This document shows, piece after piece, positions 9,281 to 18,988 of a DNA stretch of 64,000 nt. This stretch comes from an uncultured Bacteroidaceae bacterium. GTDB lineage: Bacteria; Bacteroidota; Bacteroidia; Bacteroidales; GCA-2748055. The first letter of the stretch is position 1, and every line of letters starts with the position of its first letter. The position numbers and the translations under genes were made by a program. Below the pieces are notes generated by a model. The model was not told where the DNA came from and did no database searches. It saw only the letters and a program-made list of their open reading frames with translations. The stretch spans positions 29,424 through 93,423 of the forward strand of contig CAZGTU010000006.1 in assembly GCA_964528675.1 (NCBI GenBank). Direction: 5' to 3'.

Positions 9281-9363
9281 GACCAGAGAAAGTTAACGGT
9301 GAGGGGCCCTTTGGCTTACTTCGGCTCCGCTCAGCAACCATCACTCAGGGCCCGTGCTCTTCA

Positions 9364-9525
9364 TAAACGATTAAACGATTAACCCTTAAACAATAACCCA
9401 TAAACCACTAAACCATAAACCATAAACTTATAAACGATTCAACGATTCAACCCTTAAACCCTTAAACCCTTAAACCCTTAAACCTATAAACCATAAACGA
9501 TTAAACCCTTAAACCAATAAACCAC
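9364..9525 (+). repeat. 21-unit 7/8-nt tandem array (TAAACC(C/A)T-like) abutting the GH97 start codon
   Basis: Units include taaacgat, taaccct, taaacca, taaaccct (x3 perfect at 9455-9478) and taaaccac. The last unit ends 1 nt before ATG 9527. Confidence 0.9.
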
Positions 9526-9526
9526 T

Positions 9527-11485
9527 ATGAAAAGCATTCATTTATCCATTTTAATAATTTGTCTCGGGGTATTCATCAACTCATGCACGGATAATGTTCC
9601 CGATTCATGGGAATTGAAAAGTCCGGATAAAAATATCTCATTGAACCTGGATCTTAAAGAATCTGCACTTAGCTACAGTGTGCATGTTTTAAAAGAATAT
9701 GATACGATAGAAATCATTGGATCATCTCCTCTTGGAATTCACAGGGTTGATGGCGACTTCAGCGAAAATCTTTCATTTATCTCAGCTACACCGGTAAAAC
9801 AAATAGATGATAAATATGAGATGATCATTGGAGCAACCGAAAATTATCATGATTTTGCGAATGAACAAAGTTTTCTTTTTAGAAACGAATCAGGTAAAAA
9901 GCTGGAAATTCAATGTCGTGCTTATAATGAAGGAGTTTCATTTCGTTATATATTTCCCGACACAACTGAAGGTAAGTTTATTGTAACAGGAGAAAAAACA
10001 GGTTTTAACCTTCCCGATGAAGGAAAAGCATGGATGCAGCCTTATGATACTATCGTCTGGTGGGCCCCGGCATATGAACAATTCTTCCTAAATGCAATCG
10101 ACATAGGCACAAAAGCCCCTGCCAACCGCAACGGCTGGTGTTTTCCAATGTTGTTTGAGGCAAAAGATTATTTTATCTATGTTTCAGAAACAGGGCTTGA
10201 CACTTCCTATGTAGGTACACATCTCGAAGATGAAGCTCCAGGAGGTCTTTATACCATAAGATTCCCCGAACCAGAAGAAGCTTATAATTATTTTCCTCAA
10301 AACCCGGCCTCTTCCCTGCCCTGGAAAATGCCATGGCGTTATATCCTTTTCAGTGAAGAGCTTGACCCTATCTTTAACTCCCAGCATGTTTATCATCTCT
10401 CACCACCACAGAAAATTGAAAATACCGGGTGGATTGAACCCGGGATATCTTCATGGAGCTGGTGGTCAGACGGAGCCAGTCCGAGAGATTATAATAAGCT
10501 TACTGGATTTATAGATTTCTCTGCTGAAATGGGATGGAAATACAGCCTTATTGATGAAGGCTGGCATGAAATGAAGAATGGAGATATTTCCCAGTTGATT
10601 GAGTATGCTGACACAAAAGGAGTAGGCATACTTTTATGGTACGATTCAGGCGGGAGAGTAGGATATGTAGAAGAAGAACAAAGAAAGATCATGTTCGACG
10701 GAAACAAACGAAAGGCTGAAATGAAGAAGATCTCTGATATGGGAGTAAAAGGAATAAAGGTAGACTTCTTTCAGAGCGATAAGCAGGGAATGATAAAATT
10801 ATATCATGATATTTTAGAAGACGCAGCAAAATACAGGCTGGTTGTGAATTTTCACGGCTGTACCCTGCCCCGCGGATGGGAAAGAAAATACCCTAATCTT
10901 TTGACCATGGAGGCAATAAGAGGTGCAGAGGCATATCGTTTTGATGAAAATTATACCGATTATGCCCCTGTTCAAAATACCATCATCCCGTTTACAAGGG
11001 ATGTAGCAGGACCGGTTGATTATACTCCAATCACCCTGACTGATAATAAATATCCTCATACTACCACTTATGCTCATGAACTGGCTCTGGGTGTTATTTT
11101 TGAATCCGGGCTTCAACACTTCGCCGATCACCATAATAAATATGAAGAGCTTCCTCCAATGGCTTTAGATTATCTTAAGAAACTCCCTGCTGTATGGAAT
11201 GAGTCTGTACTCATTGACGGTTATCCCGGCAAACATGTTGCACTTGCCAGAAGAAACGGAAAGAGATGGTTCATAGCCGGAATTAACGGAGAGAAAAAAG
11301 AAAAGAATTTCGTGATTACGACCGGGTACCTTGAACCCGGTAATTATACACTGAACTTAATAAGGGATGGTGAAACCAGGGATGATTTGATTGAAGAGAC
11401 CTTCACTGTGGGAAAAGACCAGGCCATCGATATAATGGTGAATCAAAAGGGAGGATTTGCAGGTTTTTTTGAAGAAGAGAAATAA
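9527..11485 (+). CDS. Glycoside hydrolase family 97 (alpha-glycosidase), lipoprotein
   Basis: Lipobox 'FINSC'; 'RAYNEGVSFRY', 'WIEPGISSWSWW', 'FIDFSAEMGWKYSLIDEGW', 'GIKVDFF', 'NFHG', 'YPNLLTMEAIRGAE', 'FTRDVAGPVDYTP'. Confidence 0.92.
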   Translation: MKSIHLSILIICLGVFINSCTDNVPDSWELKSPDKNISLNLDLKESALSYSVHVLKEYDTIEIIGSSPLGIHRVDGDFSENLSFISATPVKQIDDKYEMIIGATENYHDFANEQSFLFRNESGKKLEIQCRAYNEGVSFRYIFPDTTEGKFIVTGEKTGFNLPDEGKAWMQPYDTIVWWAPAYEQFFLNAIDIGTKAPANRNGWCFPMLFEAKDYFIYVSETGLDTSYVGTHLEDEAPGGLYTIRFPEPEEAYNYFPQNPASSLPWKMPWRYILFSEELDPIFNSQHVYHLSPPQKIENTGWIEPGISSWSWWSDGASPRDYNKLTGFIDFSAEMGWKYSLIDEGWHEMKNGDISQLIEYADTKGVGILLWYDSGGRVGYVEEEQRKIMFDGNKRKAEMKKISDMGVKGIKVDFFQSDKQGMIKLYHDILEDAAKYRLVVNFHGCTLPRGWERKYPNLLTMEAIRGAEAYRFDENYTDYAPVQNTIIPFTRDVAGPVDYTPITLTDNKYPHTTTYAHELALGVIFESGLQHFADHHNKYEELPPMALDYLKKLPAVWNESVLIDGYPGKHVALARRNGKRWFIAGINGEKKEKNFVITTGYLEPGNYTLNLIRDGETRDDLIEETFTVGKDQAIDIMVNQKGGFAGFFEEEK

Positions 11486-11488
11486 TTA

Positions 11489-13903
11489 TTATTGATAATC
11501 TCTGACCGATGATCGTATTTCCCGGCGTAATTGTTGGTTTATGCGTTCCACTTTGTTATAAAAACCTTGTTCACCGGGTTTTTTATTGATATTAAACTTT
11601 TCTGAAGGAACATAGTTTAATTCACTTATCTCTTGAAGGATATTAAAATTAGGGCTAAGATCTGTGATCATACTGAATTCTACCAGGGGAAAATTATCTG
11701 TATTAATACCAGTTCCCCCGGTAAAACTTTTCAGTTCATCGGTTCCGGCAAGAAAGTGTCCAAGGAAATGGGCAGGACTGTTAATATCAACCTCATACAA
11801 ATTCCTCATAACTGCCGGTCTTTTGAATTTTCTTTTTAATCTTTCGGGATCAACACTCTTCTCCATCGAAGAGCCCATTAAAAGCATATGTCCCCGGGTA
11901 ACATACCATAATCCGGAATGAGGAAAAACTTCTGTAAAAGATTTTACCAGTGATTTAAACTCCCGCTCAGAAAGCCAGTTAGAAGGTAACCACTGACACA
12001 TATATCCATGCTCAGATAATTTATCCAGGCAAATTTCATAAAACTCCTTTGTATATAAATTTGCTCCTAATCTTGCATGCACAGCATTAGAAGTAATCAA
12101 ACCATACTTTTTGTCCTGGCGCAATAAAAAACTTCTGCCGTCCTCATAATATATGTTCACTTTTGGATTACTGATTACATTCTGATTTAAGAAATTAAAG
12201 TGCAAGGAAGAGGTACTTACCACCTCCGGGGATAACTCAGCAATATCGATAACAGAAATTTCAGTCTGGGCAAGACAATTAGCTGTTACCCCCATTCCAA
12301 AACCAATTATAAATGCAGAACCAGGATCTTCTGATAAGAACCAGGGAGTATAAGCCAGCATAGTATGAACTTTCAGGTCGGAGGTTGTAGAAAAGGCAGT
12401 TTTTGCCCCATTAATGGCAAGCGCTTTATGTCCCGAAGGCAGCTTATGCACAGAAACTGTTGCTGCAACTCCTTCATCGTATGAGATTACCTCATCGCCC
12501 GGATAATAGCGAACCCTTTGACGGAAATATTCAGAATATCCGGGGGTAAGAATAACAACAATTGCAATGATCAGGGTGGTAATTAATACTACTTTCCTTT
12601 TATTTTTCAGGTAAGGATGAAAATAAAAAAGCGATAGTCCCAGAATAACATTCAGTAATACTATAATTAAAAAGGAGTGAAAAATTCCGAATACGGGGAT
12701 CATGATAAAACCGGCAATGAAGGAGCCAAAAATAGAACCAACGGTATCCAAAAATCCTATGATCCCTATTTTCGATCCCAGGTCTTTCAGGTTATCCGAA
12801 GTTATTTTACCGACAATTGGAAAGGTTGCACCCATGAGCGTTACGGGCATAATAATGATTAAGAACATGATCAGGTATTCTTTTCCCGATATAGATATCC
12901 AGCTACTCCCGGCACTTCTTTCCTGCACAAGAAGTGGAGAAAGATAAACAAAGAAAATAAGAAGGATAAAAGATATTGCAGCAATCCCAAGTTGGATATA
13001 GCCCATTACAGCAGGCAAATCCCTGAATTTATTGATCCATTTCCTCACGATCATACTTCCCACACTCAAACCAAATATAAAACCCACAACAATGACCGAA
13101 TAAATATAAACCGTTTTATCATATGAAAACTCAATAAATATCCTGGTCCATAGAACTTCATAAGCCAGTGTGGCAAATCCTTCCAAAGCAAATACAAAAA
13201 GAATCAGCCGTATATATCCTGATGGCCATTTCGGGACTATAGCTGTTTTTGAAGATTTATGTATTGATCTGGTGTAATTACCCTTTCCGGATTTGCGTAT
13301 CAAGAAAATGATCACCGCGTTCATGAGATTCAAAGCAGCGGCAAGATATAGTGTTTCCTTCATTCCCAATAACCGGATGAGGAAAAAACCGGCTGCAAAT
13401 CCTCCCAGCGCGGCACCGAAATTATTAAGGGCATAGATAAGACTTAATTCCTTACCCAGCTTTTGCAGGTTGGTAACAAGAATTTTTGCCACTACAGGCA
13501 CTGTACCGCCCATAAGGGTTGTGGGCACAATGAGCAAAAGAAAACTCTCTGCAAATTTTATGAATTGAGAGGGCAGTACCGAATCTAAATCAGAAAAGAA
13601 ATTAACATATACATCTCTTGTCAGATTAAAGAAGGGTTGAAAAGCAAGGGCATATATAAAAAGACCGGTTTCAATCATAAAGTATATCAGCATGGGATTT
13701 TTCACCCTGTCAGATAATACCCCGAAAAGATAACTCCCTATTGCCAGACCTGCCATAAAAGCTGTAAGAACAGCACTTGTTGAATAAACATGAACACCAA
13801 AGGTCAGATAAATGGATCTTAACCATACAACCTGATATGCCAATGCGCAAAATCCCGTTAAAAAGATTGTAAGCAATAATAAAGTTGTAAATGTCCTGTT
13901 CAT
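11489..13903 (-). CDS. Fused multi-TM / spermidine synthase-like SAM-binding protein
   Basis: About 12-13 hydrophobic segments in two repeated halves ('ALAYQVVWLR' / 'TLAYEVLWTR'), then a SpeE-like domain 'IIGFGMGVTA', 'AELSPEV', 'EDGR', 'LYTKEFY'. Confidence 0.85.
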   Translation of the reverse strand: MNRTFTTLLLLTIFLTGFCALAYQVVWLRSIYLTFGVHVYSTSAVLTAFMAGLAIGSYLFGVLSDRVKNPMLIYFMIETGLFIYALAFQPFFNLTRDVYVNFFSDLDSVLPSQFIKFAESFLLLIVPTTLMGGTVPVVAKILVTNLQKLGKELSLIYALNNFGAALGGFAAGFFLIRLLGMKETLYLAAALNLMNAVIIFLIRKSGKGNYTRSIHKSSKTAIVPKWPSGYIRLILFVFALEGFATLAYEVLWTRIFIEFSYDKTVYIYSVIVVGFIFGLSVGSMIVRKWINKFRDLPAVMGYIQLGIAAISFILLIFFVYLSPLLVQERSAGSSWISISGKEYLIMFLIIIMPVTLMGATFPIVGKITSDNLKDLGSKIGIIGFLDTVGSIFGSFIAGFIMIPVFGIFHSFLIIVLLNVILGLSLFYFHPYLKNKRKVVLITTLIIAIVVILTPGYSEYFRQRVRYYPGDEVISYDEGVAATVSVHKLPSGHKALAINGAKTAFSTTSDLKVHTMLAYTPWFLSEDPGSAFIIGFGMGVTANCLAQTEISVIDIAELSPEVVSTSSLHFNFLNQNVISNPKVNIYYEDGRSFLLRQDKKYGLITSNAVHARLGANLYTKEFYEICLDKLSEHGYMCQWLPSNWLSEREFKSLVKSFTEVFPHSGLWYVTRGHMLLMGSSMEKSVDPERLKRKFKRPAVMRNLYEVDINSPAHFLGHFLAGTDELKSFTGGTGINTDNFPLVEFSMITDLSPNFNILQEISELNYVPSEKFNINKKPGEQGFYNKVERINQQLRREIRSSVRDYQ

Positions 13904-14104
13904 AAGTCCTTAGGGGCTTCCAGAAGAAAAAAATTTCCTGAATGACAAAGAAGCTTAAAAGTAATAAATAATTTTAGCGTGATGAAAATAACAATTCATT
14001 AAGGACTTTTCCTGCTGGAATTGTTTTTTATCAATTAATTCTTAAAAAAGTGATAATTTATCATTTTATGCCCTGTTTTATTATTAATTTGGATAATAAG
14101 TTCT

Positions 14105-14112
14105 TAAATTTG
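14105..14112 (+). promoter_or_regulatory. Candidate -7 promoter element of leu operon
   Basis: TAAATTTG (TAnnTTTG), 85 nt upstream of the leuC start. Confidence 0.45.
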
Positions 14113-14196
14113 GCGCTTGTTTTATTTGTAAGAATATTTATACCCCCTGCTTATTCATAGCAGAATAACTATTTATAAATCTAAAAATAAAGAACA

Positions 14197-15615
14197 TTGA
14201 CAGGAAAAACTTTATTTGATAAGATCTGGGATGCTCATGTAGTAGAAGAAATCAAAGGGGGTCCCAGTGTATTGTACATAGATCGGCACCTGGTACACGA
14301 AGTAACCAGCCCACAGGCATTTGCCGGCATTGAAGAACGCGGAATCGAGGTATTTCGTGCTCAGAAAACTGTGGCAACATGCGATCACAATGTTCCTACC
14401 ATTGATCAGCATCTTCCTATTAAAGACACGCTTTCAAGATTCCAGGTAAATAAGCTTTCGGAGAACTGTAAGAAACATAACATTACCCTGTATGGCCTGA
14501 ATCATCCTTATCAGGGTATTGTTCATGTGATCGGACCGGAACTGGGAATCACTCAGCCCGGGATGACCATAGTGTGTGGAGATAGCCATACCTCAACTCA
14601 TGGAGCTTTCGGAAGTGTAGCATTTGGAATTGGCACCAGTGAGGTGGAGATGGTCCTGGCTTCTCAATGTATTCTTCAACCCAAACCAAAAAAAATGAGG
14701 ATTAATGTTGAAGGTGAACTTCAAAAAGGAGTAACTGCCAAAGATATTATCCTGTACATCATATCTAAAATCACAGCCAGCGGTGGTACAGGTTATTTTA
14801 TAGAATACGCAGGATCTGCAATAAGAGGTCTTTCCATGGAAGGAAGGATGACAATATGCAATATGAGCATTGAGAGCGGGGCGAGAGGAGGACTTATTGC
14901 TCCGGATGAAACAACATTCGAATACCTGGAAGGAAAAGAATTCGCTCCCCGGGGAAAAGATTTTGATGTTGCACTGGAAAAATGGAGAGAGCTGAAAAGT
15001 GATGAGGATGCCGTATTCGATAAAGAATATCATTTTGATGCAGCAGATATCACCCCTATGATCACTTATGGTACCAATCCGGGCATGGGAATAAAGATCA
15101 CAGATCATATTCCACACGAAAGCGAAATGCCTGACAGCGCCTTGCCAAGTTTTCGAAAATCATTGGGATACATGGGACTTGAAGCCGGCATGGATGTTCT
15201 GGGAAAAGAAATTGATTATGTTTTTGTAGGAAGTTGCACAAATGGAAGAATTGAGGACCTGCGGGAAGTCGCCAAATTTGTAAAAGGTCGGAAAAAAGCG
15301 GATAATATTACAGCCTGGATCGTTCCGGGATCCAAGCAGGTCGAAAAGCAGGCTAATGAGGAAGGAGTCACAAAAATACTGGAGGAAGCCGGATTCAAAC
15401 TGAGGCAACCGGGGTGTTCCGCCTGTCTGGCCATGAATGAAGATAAAATTCCTGAAGGTAAACTGGCTGTTTCAACTTCCAACCGGAATTTTGAAGGCCG
15501 TCAGGGACCCGGAGCAAGGACCATGCTTGCAAGTCCTTTAACAGCCGCAGCTGTTGCCATAACAGGAAAAATCACTGATCCCAGAAGACTTATTCAGGAA
15601 GCTACAGTGGCTTAA
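14197..15615 (+). CDS. leuC: 3-isopropylmalate dehydratase large subunit (TTG start)
   Basis: '[17 protein letters not shown]', 'GIVHVIGPE', '[13 protein letters not shown]', '[12 protein letters not shown]', '[10 protein letters not shown]', '[12 protein letters not shown]'. Confidence 0.98.
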   Translation: MTGKTLFDKIWDAHVVEEIKGGPSVLYIDRHLVHEVTSPQAFAGIEERGIEVFRAQKTVATCDHNVPTIDQHLPIKDTLSRFQVNKLSENCKKHNITLYGLNHPYQGIVHVIGPELGITQPGMTIVCGDSHTSTHGAFGSVAFGIGTSEVEMVLASQCILQPKPKKMRINVEGELQKGVTAKDIILYIISKITASGGTGYFIEYAGSAIRGLSMEGRMTICNMSIESGARGGLIAPDETTFEYLEGKEFAPRGKDFDVALEKWRELKSDEDAVFDKEYHFDAADITPMITYGTNPGMGIKITDHIPHESEMPDSALPSFRKSLGYMGLEAGMDVLGKEIDYVFVGSCTNGRIEDLREVAKFVKGRKKADNITAWIVPGSKQVEKQANEEGVTKILEEAGFKLRQPGCSACLAMNEDKIPEGKLAVSTSNRNFEGRQGPGARTMLASPLTAAAVAITGKITDPRRLIQEATVA

Positions 15616-15691
15616 GAACTTTCTGTTCAACTATTAATTATTAAATAATTCCTTCACCTGGGAAGGAGCTTATATAAAAAAAATGTGAATC

Positions 15692-16285
15692 ATGCCAATA
15701 GAAAAATTTTCCATAATAAATTCCTCCGTTGTGCCTTTGCCGGTTGAAAATGTTGATACTGATCAGATCATTCCCGCTCGTTTTTTAAAAGCCACTACCC
15801 GGGAAGGATTTGGAGAAAACCTTTTCAGAGACTGGCGCTATGATAAAAATAATCAACCCAGAACTGATTTTCCGCTCAATGATGAAAAATATAACGGAAC
15901 CATCCTGGTTGCAGGCAAGAACTTTGGCAGTGGTTCAAGTCGCGAGCATGCAGCCTGGGCCATTCACGATTATGGATTTAAAGTAGTGGTTTCCAGCTTT
16001 TTTGCTGATATTTTTAAAAATAATGCATTGAATAACGGTTTGTTGCCCGTGCAGATTTCAGAAGAATTTCTTGCCAGAATATTCCGGGAGGTAGAAAAAG
16101 ATCCCGGTGTAAAACTGAAGGTGGACCTGGAAAACCAATCCATTACCATACTCTCAACAGGTGAAAAAGAAAATTTCGATATTAATGCCTATAAGAAGGA
16201 ATGTCTGCTTAATGGTTACGATGATATCGATTATCTGCTTAACCTGAAAGATAAGATAGAGGCATTTGAAAAAAGCAGAACCTAA
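15692..16285 (+). CDS. leuD: 3-isopropylmalate dehydratase small subunit
   Basis: '[14 protein letters not shown]', '[14 protein letters not shown]', '[16 protein letters not shown]'. Confidence 0.97.
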   Translation: MPIEKFSIINSSVVPLPVENVDTDQIIPARFLKATTREGFGENLFRDWRYDKNNQPRTDFPLNDEKYNGTILVAGKNFGSGSSREHAAWAIHDYGFKVVVSSFFADIFKNNALNNGLLPVQISEEFLARIFREVEKDPGVKLKVDLENQSITILSTGEKENFDINAYKKECLLNGYDDIDYLLNLKDKIEAFEKSRT

Positions 16286-16297
16286 AGAATTTCTATT

Positions 16298-17830
16298 ATG
16301 CGTGTAAGTATTATGGATACCACCCTGAGGGATGGTGAGCAGACTTCAGGCGTATCATTTACGGCTACCGAGAAGTTGAATATCGCAAAACTTCTTCTGG
16401 AAGATTTGAATATTGACCGTGTTGAAGTTGCCTCCGCGCGAGTATCGGCCGGAGAATATGAAGGAGCTAAATCAATCTTTGACTGGGCGAAAAATCATGG
16501 TTTCCTTGAAAGAGTTGAAGTTCTCGGGTTTGTGGATGATCGCGAATCTCTCCAATGGATAAACAATGCAGGAGGCAAAGTGATTAATCTGCTGACTAAA
16601 GGTTCTCTTAAACACTGCCGGCATCAGTTGAAAAAATCACCGGAAGAACATATTTCGGATATAAGGCAGCTTTTGAAGAATGCAGAAGAAATGAATATGC
16701 GAGTGAATATTTATTTCGAGGACTGGTCAAATGGCATGAGAAATTCTCCTGAATATGTATATCAGATGCTTGATAATCTCAAAGATGAAAAAATTGACCA
16801 CTTCATGCTTCCTGATACTCTCGGAATATTGAATCATGAAGAAACCCTGGCATACTGTAAAGATATTAAAGAACGATATCCTGATCTGCAATTTGATTAT
16901 CATGCTCACAATGATTATGATCTTGCCACTGCAAATGTGTATTCAGCTCTCAAAGCAGGTATTGGCGGTATTCATACAACCCTGAACGGCCTGGGTGAAA
17001 GAGCAGGGAATGTGCCCCTTTCCAGTGTAATTGGAATAGTGCAAGATCATCTGCATTATGAATTATCAATAAATGAGAAGAACCTATACCGGGTAAGCAA
17101 GTTTCTGGAATCTTTTTCAGGCATTCGTATTCCGGCCAACAAACCCCTCATTGGGGAAAATGTTTTCACCCAAACCAGCGGTATTCATGCTGATGGTGAT
17201 AGTAAAGATAATCTTTATTTCAATGACCTGTTGCCCGAGCGTTTTGGAAGAAAGCGTCAATATGCGCTCGGGAAAATGTCGGGGAAAGCCAGCATTTTGA
17301 AAAACCTGGAAGAACTCGGAATTGAGCTGAACAAACAGGAAATGAAAAAGGTAACCAAAAGAGTCATTGAACTGGGTGATAAAAAAGAAACCGTTACCAA
17401 AGAAGACCTGCCTTACATAATTTCTGATGTTTTACGCAGTGAAAGGGTAAAACAAAAAATCAAAATCAAGAACTATTCCCTCTCAGTTGCGGCAGGATTA
17501 AGATCGATGGCAACTCTTAGCATAGAGATTAATTCAAAGGTATACGAAGAGACTGCCTCGGGTGACGGTCAATATGATGCTTTTATGAAGGCACTATGGA
17601 GGATTTATGACCGGCTTGGCAGGGGGCATCCCATTCTCAGAGATTATATTGTTACAATACCCCCCGGCGGGAAAACCGATGCTCTTGTTGAATGTATGAT
17701 CACCTGGGATTATAAGGGTAAGAACTTTAAAACCCGGGGACTCGATTCTGATCAGACTATTGCTGCAATTAAAGGAACTATCAGAATGTTGAATATCATT
17801 GAAGAAATGGAAGAAGCTACTGAAGCATAA
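16298..17830 (+). CDS. cimA: (R)-citramalate synthase (LeuA/CimA family, Bacteroidota/Leptospira type)
   Basis: 'DTTLRDGEQT', 'HAHNDYDLATAN', 'NGLGERAGN', 'SGIHADGD', C-terminal allosteric domain. Overall pattern is closer to CimA than LeuA (by eye). Confidence 0.75.
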   Translation: MRVSIMDTTLRDGEQTSGVSFTATEKLNIAKLLLEDLNIDRVEVASARVSAGEYEGAKSIFDWAKNHGFLERVEVLGFVDDRESLQWINNAGGKVINLLTKGSLKHCRHQLKKSPEEHISDIRQLLKNAEEMNMRVNIYFEDWSNGMRNSPEYVYQMLDNLKDEKIDHFMLPDTLGILNHEETLAYCKDIKERYPDLQFDYHAHNDYDLATANVYSALKAGIGGIHTTLNGLGERAGNVPLSSVIGIVQDHLHYELSINEKNLYRVSKFLESFSGIRIPANKPLIGENVFTQTSGIHADGDSKDNLYFNDLLPERFGRKRQYALGKMSGKASILKNLEELGIELNKQEMKKVTKRVIELGDKKETVTKEDLPYIISDVLRSERVKQKIKIKNYSLSVAAGLRSMATLSIEINSKVYEETASGDGQYDAFMKALWRIYDRLGRGHPILRDYIVTIPPGGKTDALVECMITWDYKGKNFKTRGLDSDQTIAAIKGTIRMLNIIEEMEEATEA

Positions 17831-17850
17831 AATATTATTTTTCAACTTTA

Positions 17851-17858
17851 TATATTTG
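17851..17858 (+). promoter_or_regulatory. Candidate internal -7 promoter element upstream of leuB
   Basis: TATATTTG in the 66-nt cimA-leuB gap. Confidence 0.4.
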
Positions 17859-17896
17859 CCTGAAATTTTAATTTTTAAATATTAACAAGAACATCC

Positions 17897-18955
17897 ATGA
17901 ACTACAAAATTGCAGTTTTGCCAGGTGACGGAATTGGTCCTGAAATCGTTGAGCAAGCCATAAAAGTATTGGAAGCAACAGGAAAAAAATTTAATCATCA
18001 GTTTGATTTCACCGAGGCACTGGTTGGGGCCACTGCAATTGATAAAACAGGGAATCCATTTCCGGATGAAACCTTCAATTTGTGCATGAACTCCGATGCT
18101 GTGCTTTTCGGTGCCATTGGAGATCCAAAGTATGATAATGATCCCAAAGCCAGGGTGAGGCCAGAGCAGGGGCTCCTTGCCATGCGCAAAAAGCTGGGCC
18201 TTTATGCAAATATCCGTCCCGTAACTACATTTAAATCTCTTATCCACAAATCCCCCTTGCGCAGGGATCTGGTCGAGGATGCCGATTTCGTGGTTGTGAG
18301 AGAACTCACAGGGGGGATATATTTTGGCGAACCCAGCGGCCGGTCGGAAGATGGAAATAAGGCCTTTGATACCAATATTTATACCCGTGAAGAGATCAGG
18401 AGAATTGTTCAGCTTGGTTTTCAATACGCAGCAAAAAGAAACAAAAGTTTAACGGTGGTTGATAAAGCAAATGTCCTGGCTACATCACGCTTGTGGAGAG
18501 AAACTGTCCAGGAGATGGCCCCGGATTATAAAGATATAGAAGTTGATTACATGTTTGTGGATAATGCCGCAATGCAGATCATTCAATGGCCGAAGAAGTT
18601 CGATGTACTGGTTACTGAAAACATGTTCGGTGATATTCTTTCGGACGAAGCCAGTGTCATAACCGGCTCTCTTGGATTGCTGCCATCAGCATCAGTTGGC
18701 ATACATACTTCGGTATTCGAACCCATTCACGGATCCTATCCACAGGCTGCCGGCAGAAACATTGCCAATCCGCTTGCAACAGTGCTTTCAGTTGCAATGT
18801 TGCTTGAGCTAGGGCTCGATCTTACAGAGGAAGCAAAAGCTGTGAGAGATGCGGTTGATCGTTCAATGGATGAGGGCATTGTCACCGAGGATATAAGCAA
18901 GGACAAAGCATATAAAACTTCCGAAGTCGGCGATTGGCTTGCAGAAAATATCTGA
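17897..18955 (+). CDS. leuB: 3-isopropylmalate dehydrogenase
   Basis: '[10 protein letters not shown]', '[11 protein letters not shown]', '[11 protein letters not shown]', '[11 protein letters not shown]', 'EPIHGS'. Confidence 0.98.
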   Translation: MNYKIAVLPGDGIGPEIVEQAIKVLEATGKKFNHQFDFTEALVGATAIDKTGNPFPDETFNLCMNSDAVLFGAIGDPKYDNDPKARVRPEQGLLAMRKKLGLYANIRPVTTFKSLIHKSPLRRDLVEDADFVVVRELTGGIYFGEPSGRSEDGNKAFDTNIYTREEIRRIVQLGFQYAAKRNKSLTVVDKANVLATSRLWRETVQEMAPDYKDIEVDYMFVDNAAMQIIQWPKKFDVLVTENMFGDILSDEASVITGSLGLLPSASVGIHTSVFEPIHGSYPQAAGRNIANPLATVLSVAMLLELGLDLTEEAKAVRDAVDRSMDEGIVTEDISKDKAYKTSEVGDWLAENI

Positions 18956-18988
18956 TTTATCATAGCTCTCCCGATGAAATAAAAGCAA

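Noticed and set aside
9140-9382. 80-aa ORF in the repeat-rich spacer
   Set aside because: TTG start, lies entirely over REP palindromes, no recognisable motif; likely spurious.
9364-9525. CRISPR array or eukaryotic telomere contamination
   Set aside because: Units are 7-8 nt with no unique spacers and no cas genes nearby. Units are heterogeneous and continuous with bacterial genes on both sides, unlike a homogeneous (CCCTAAA)n tract.
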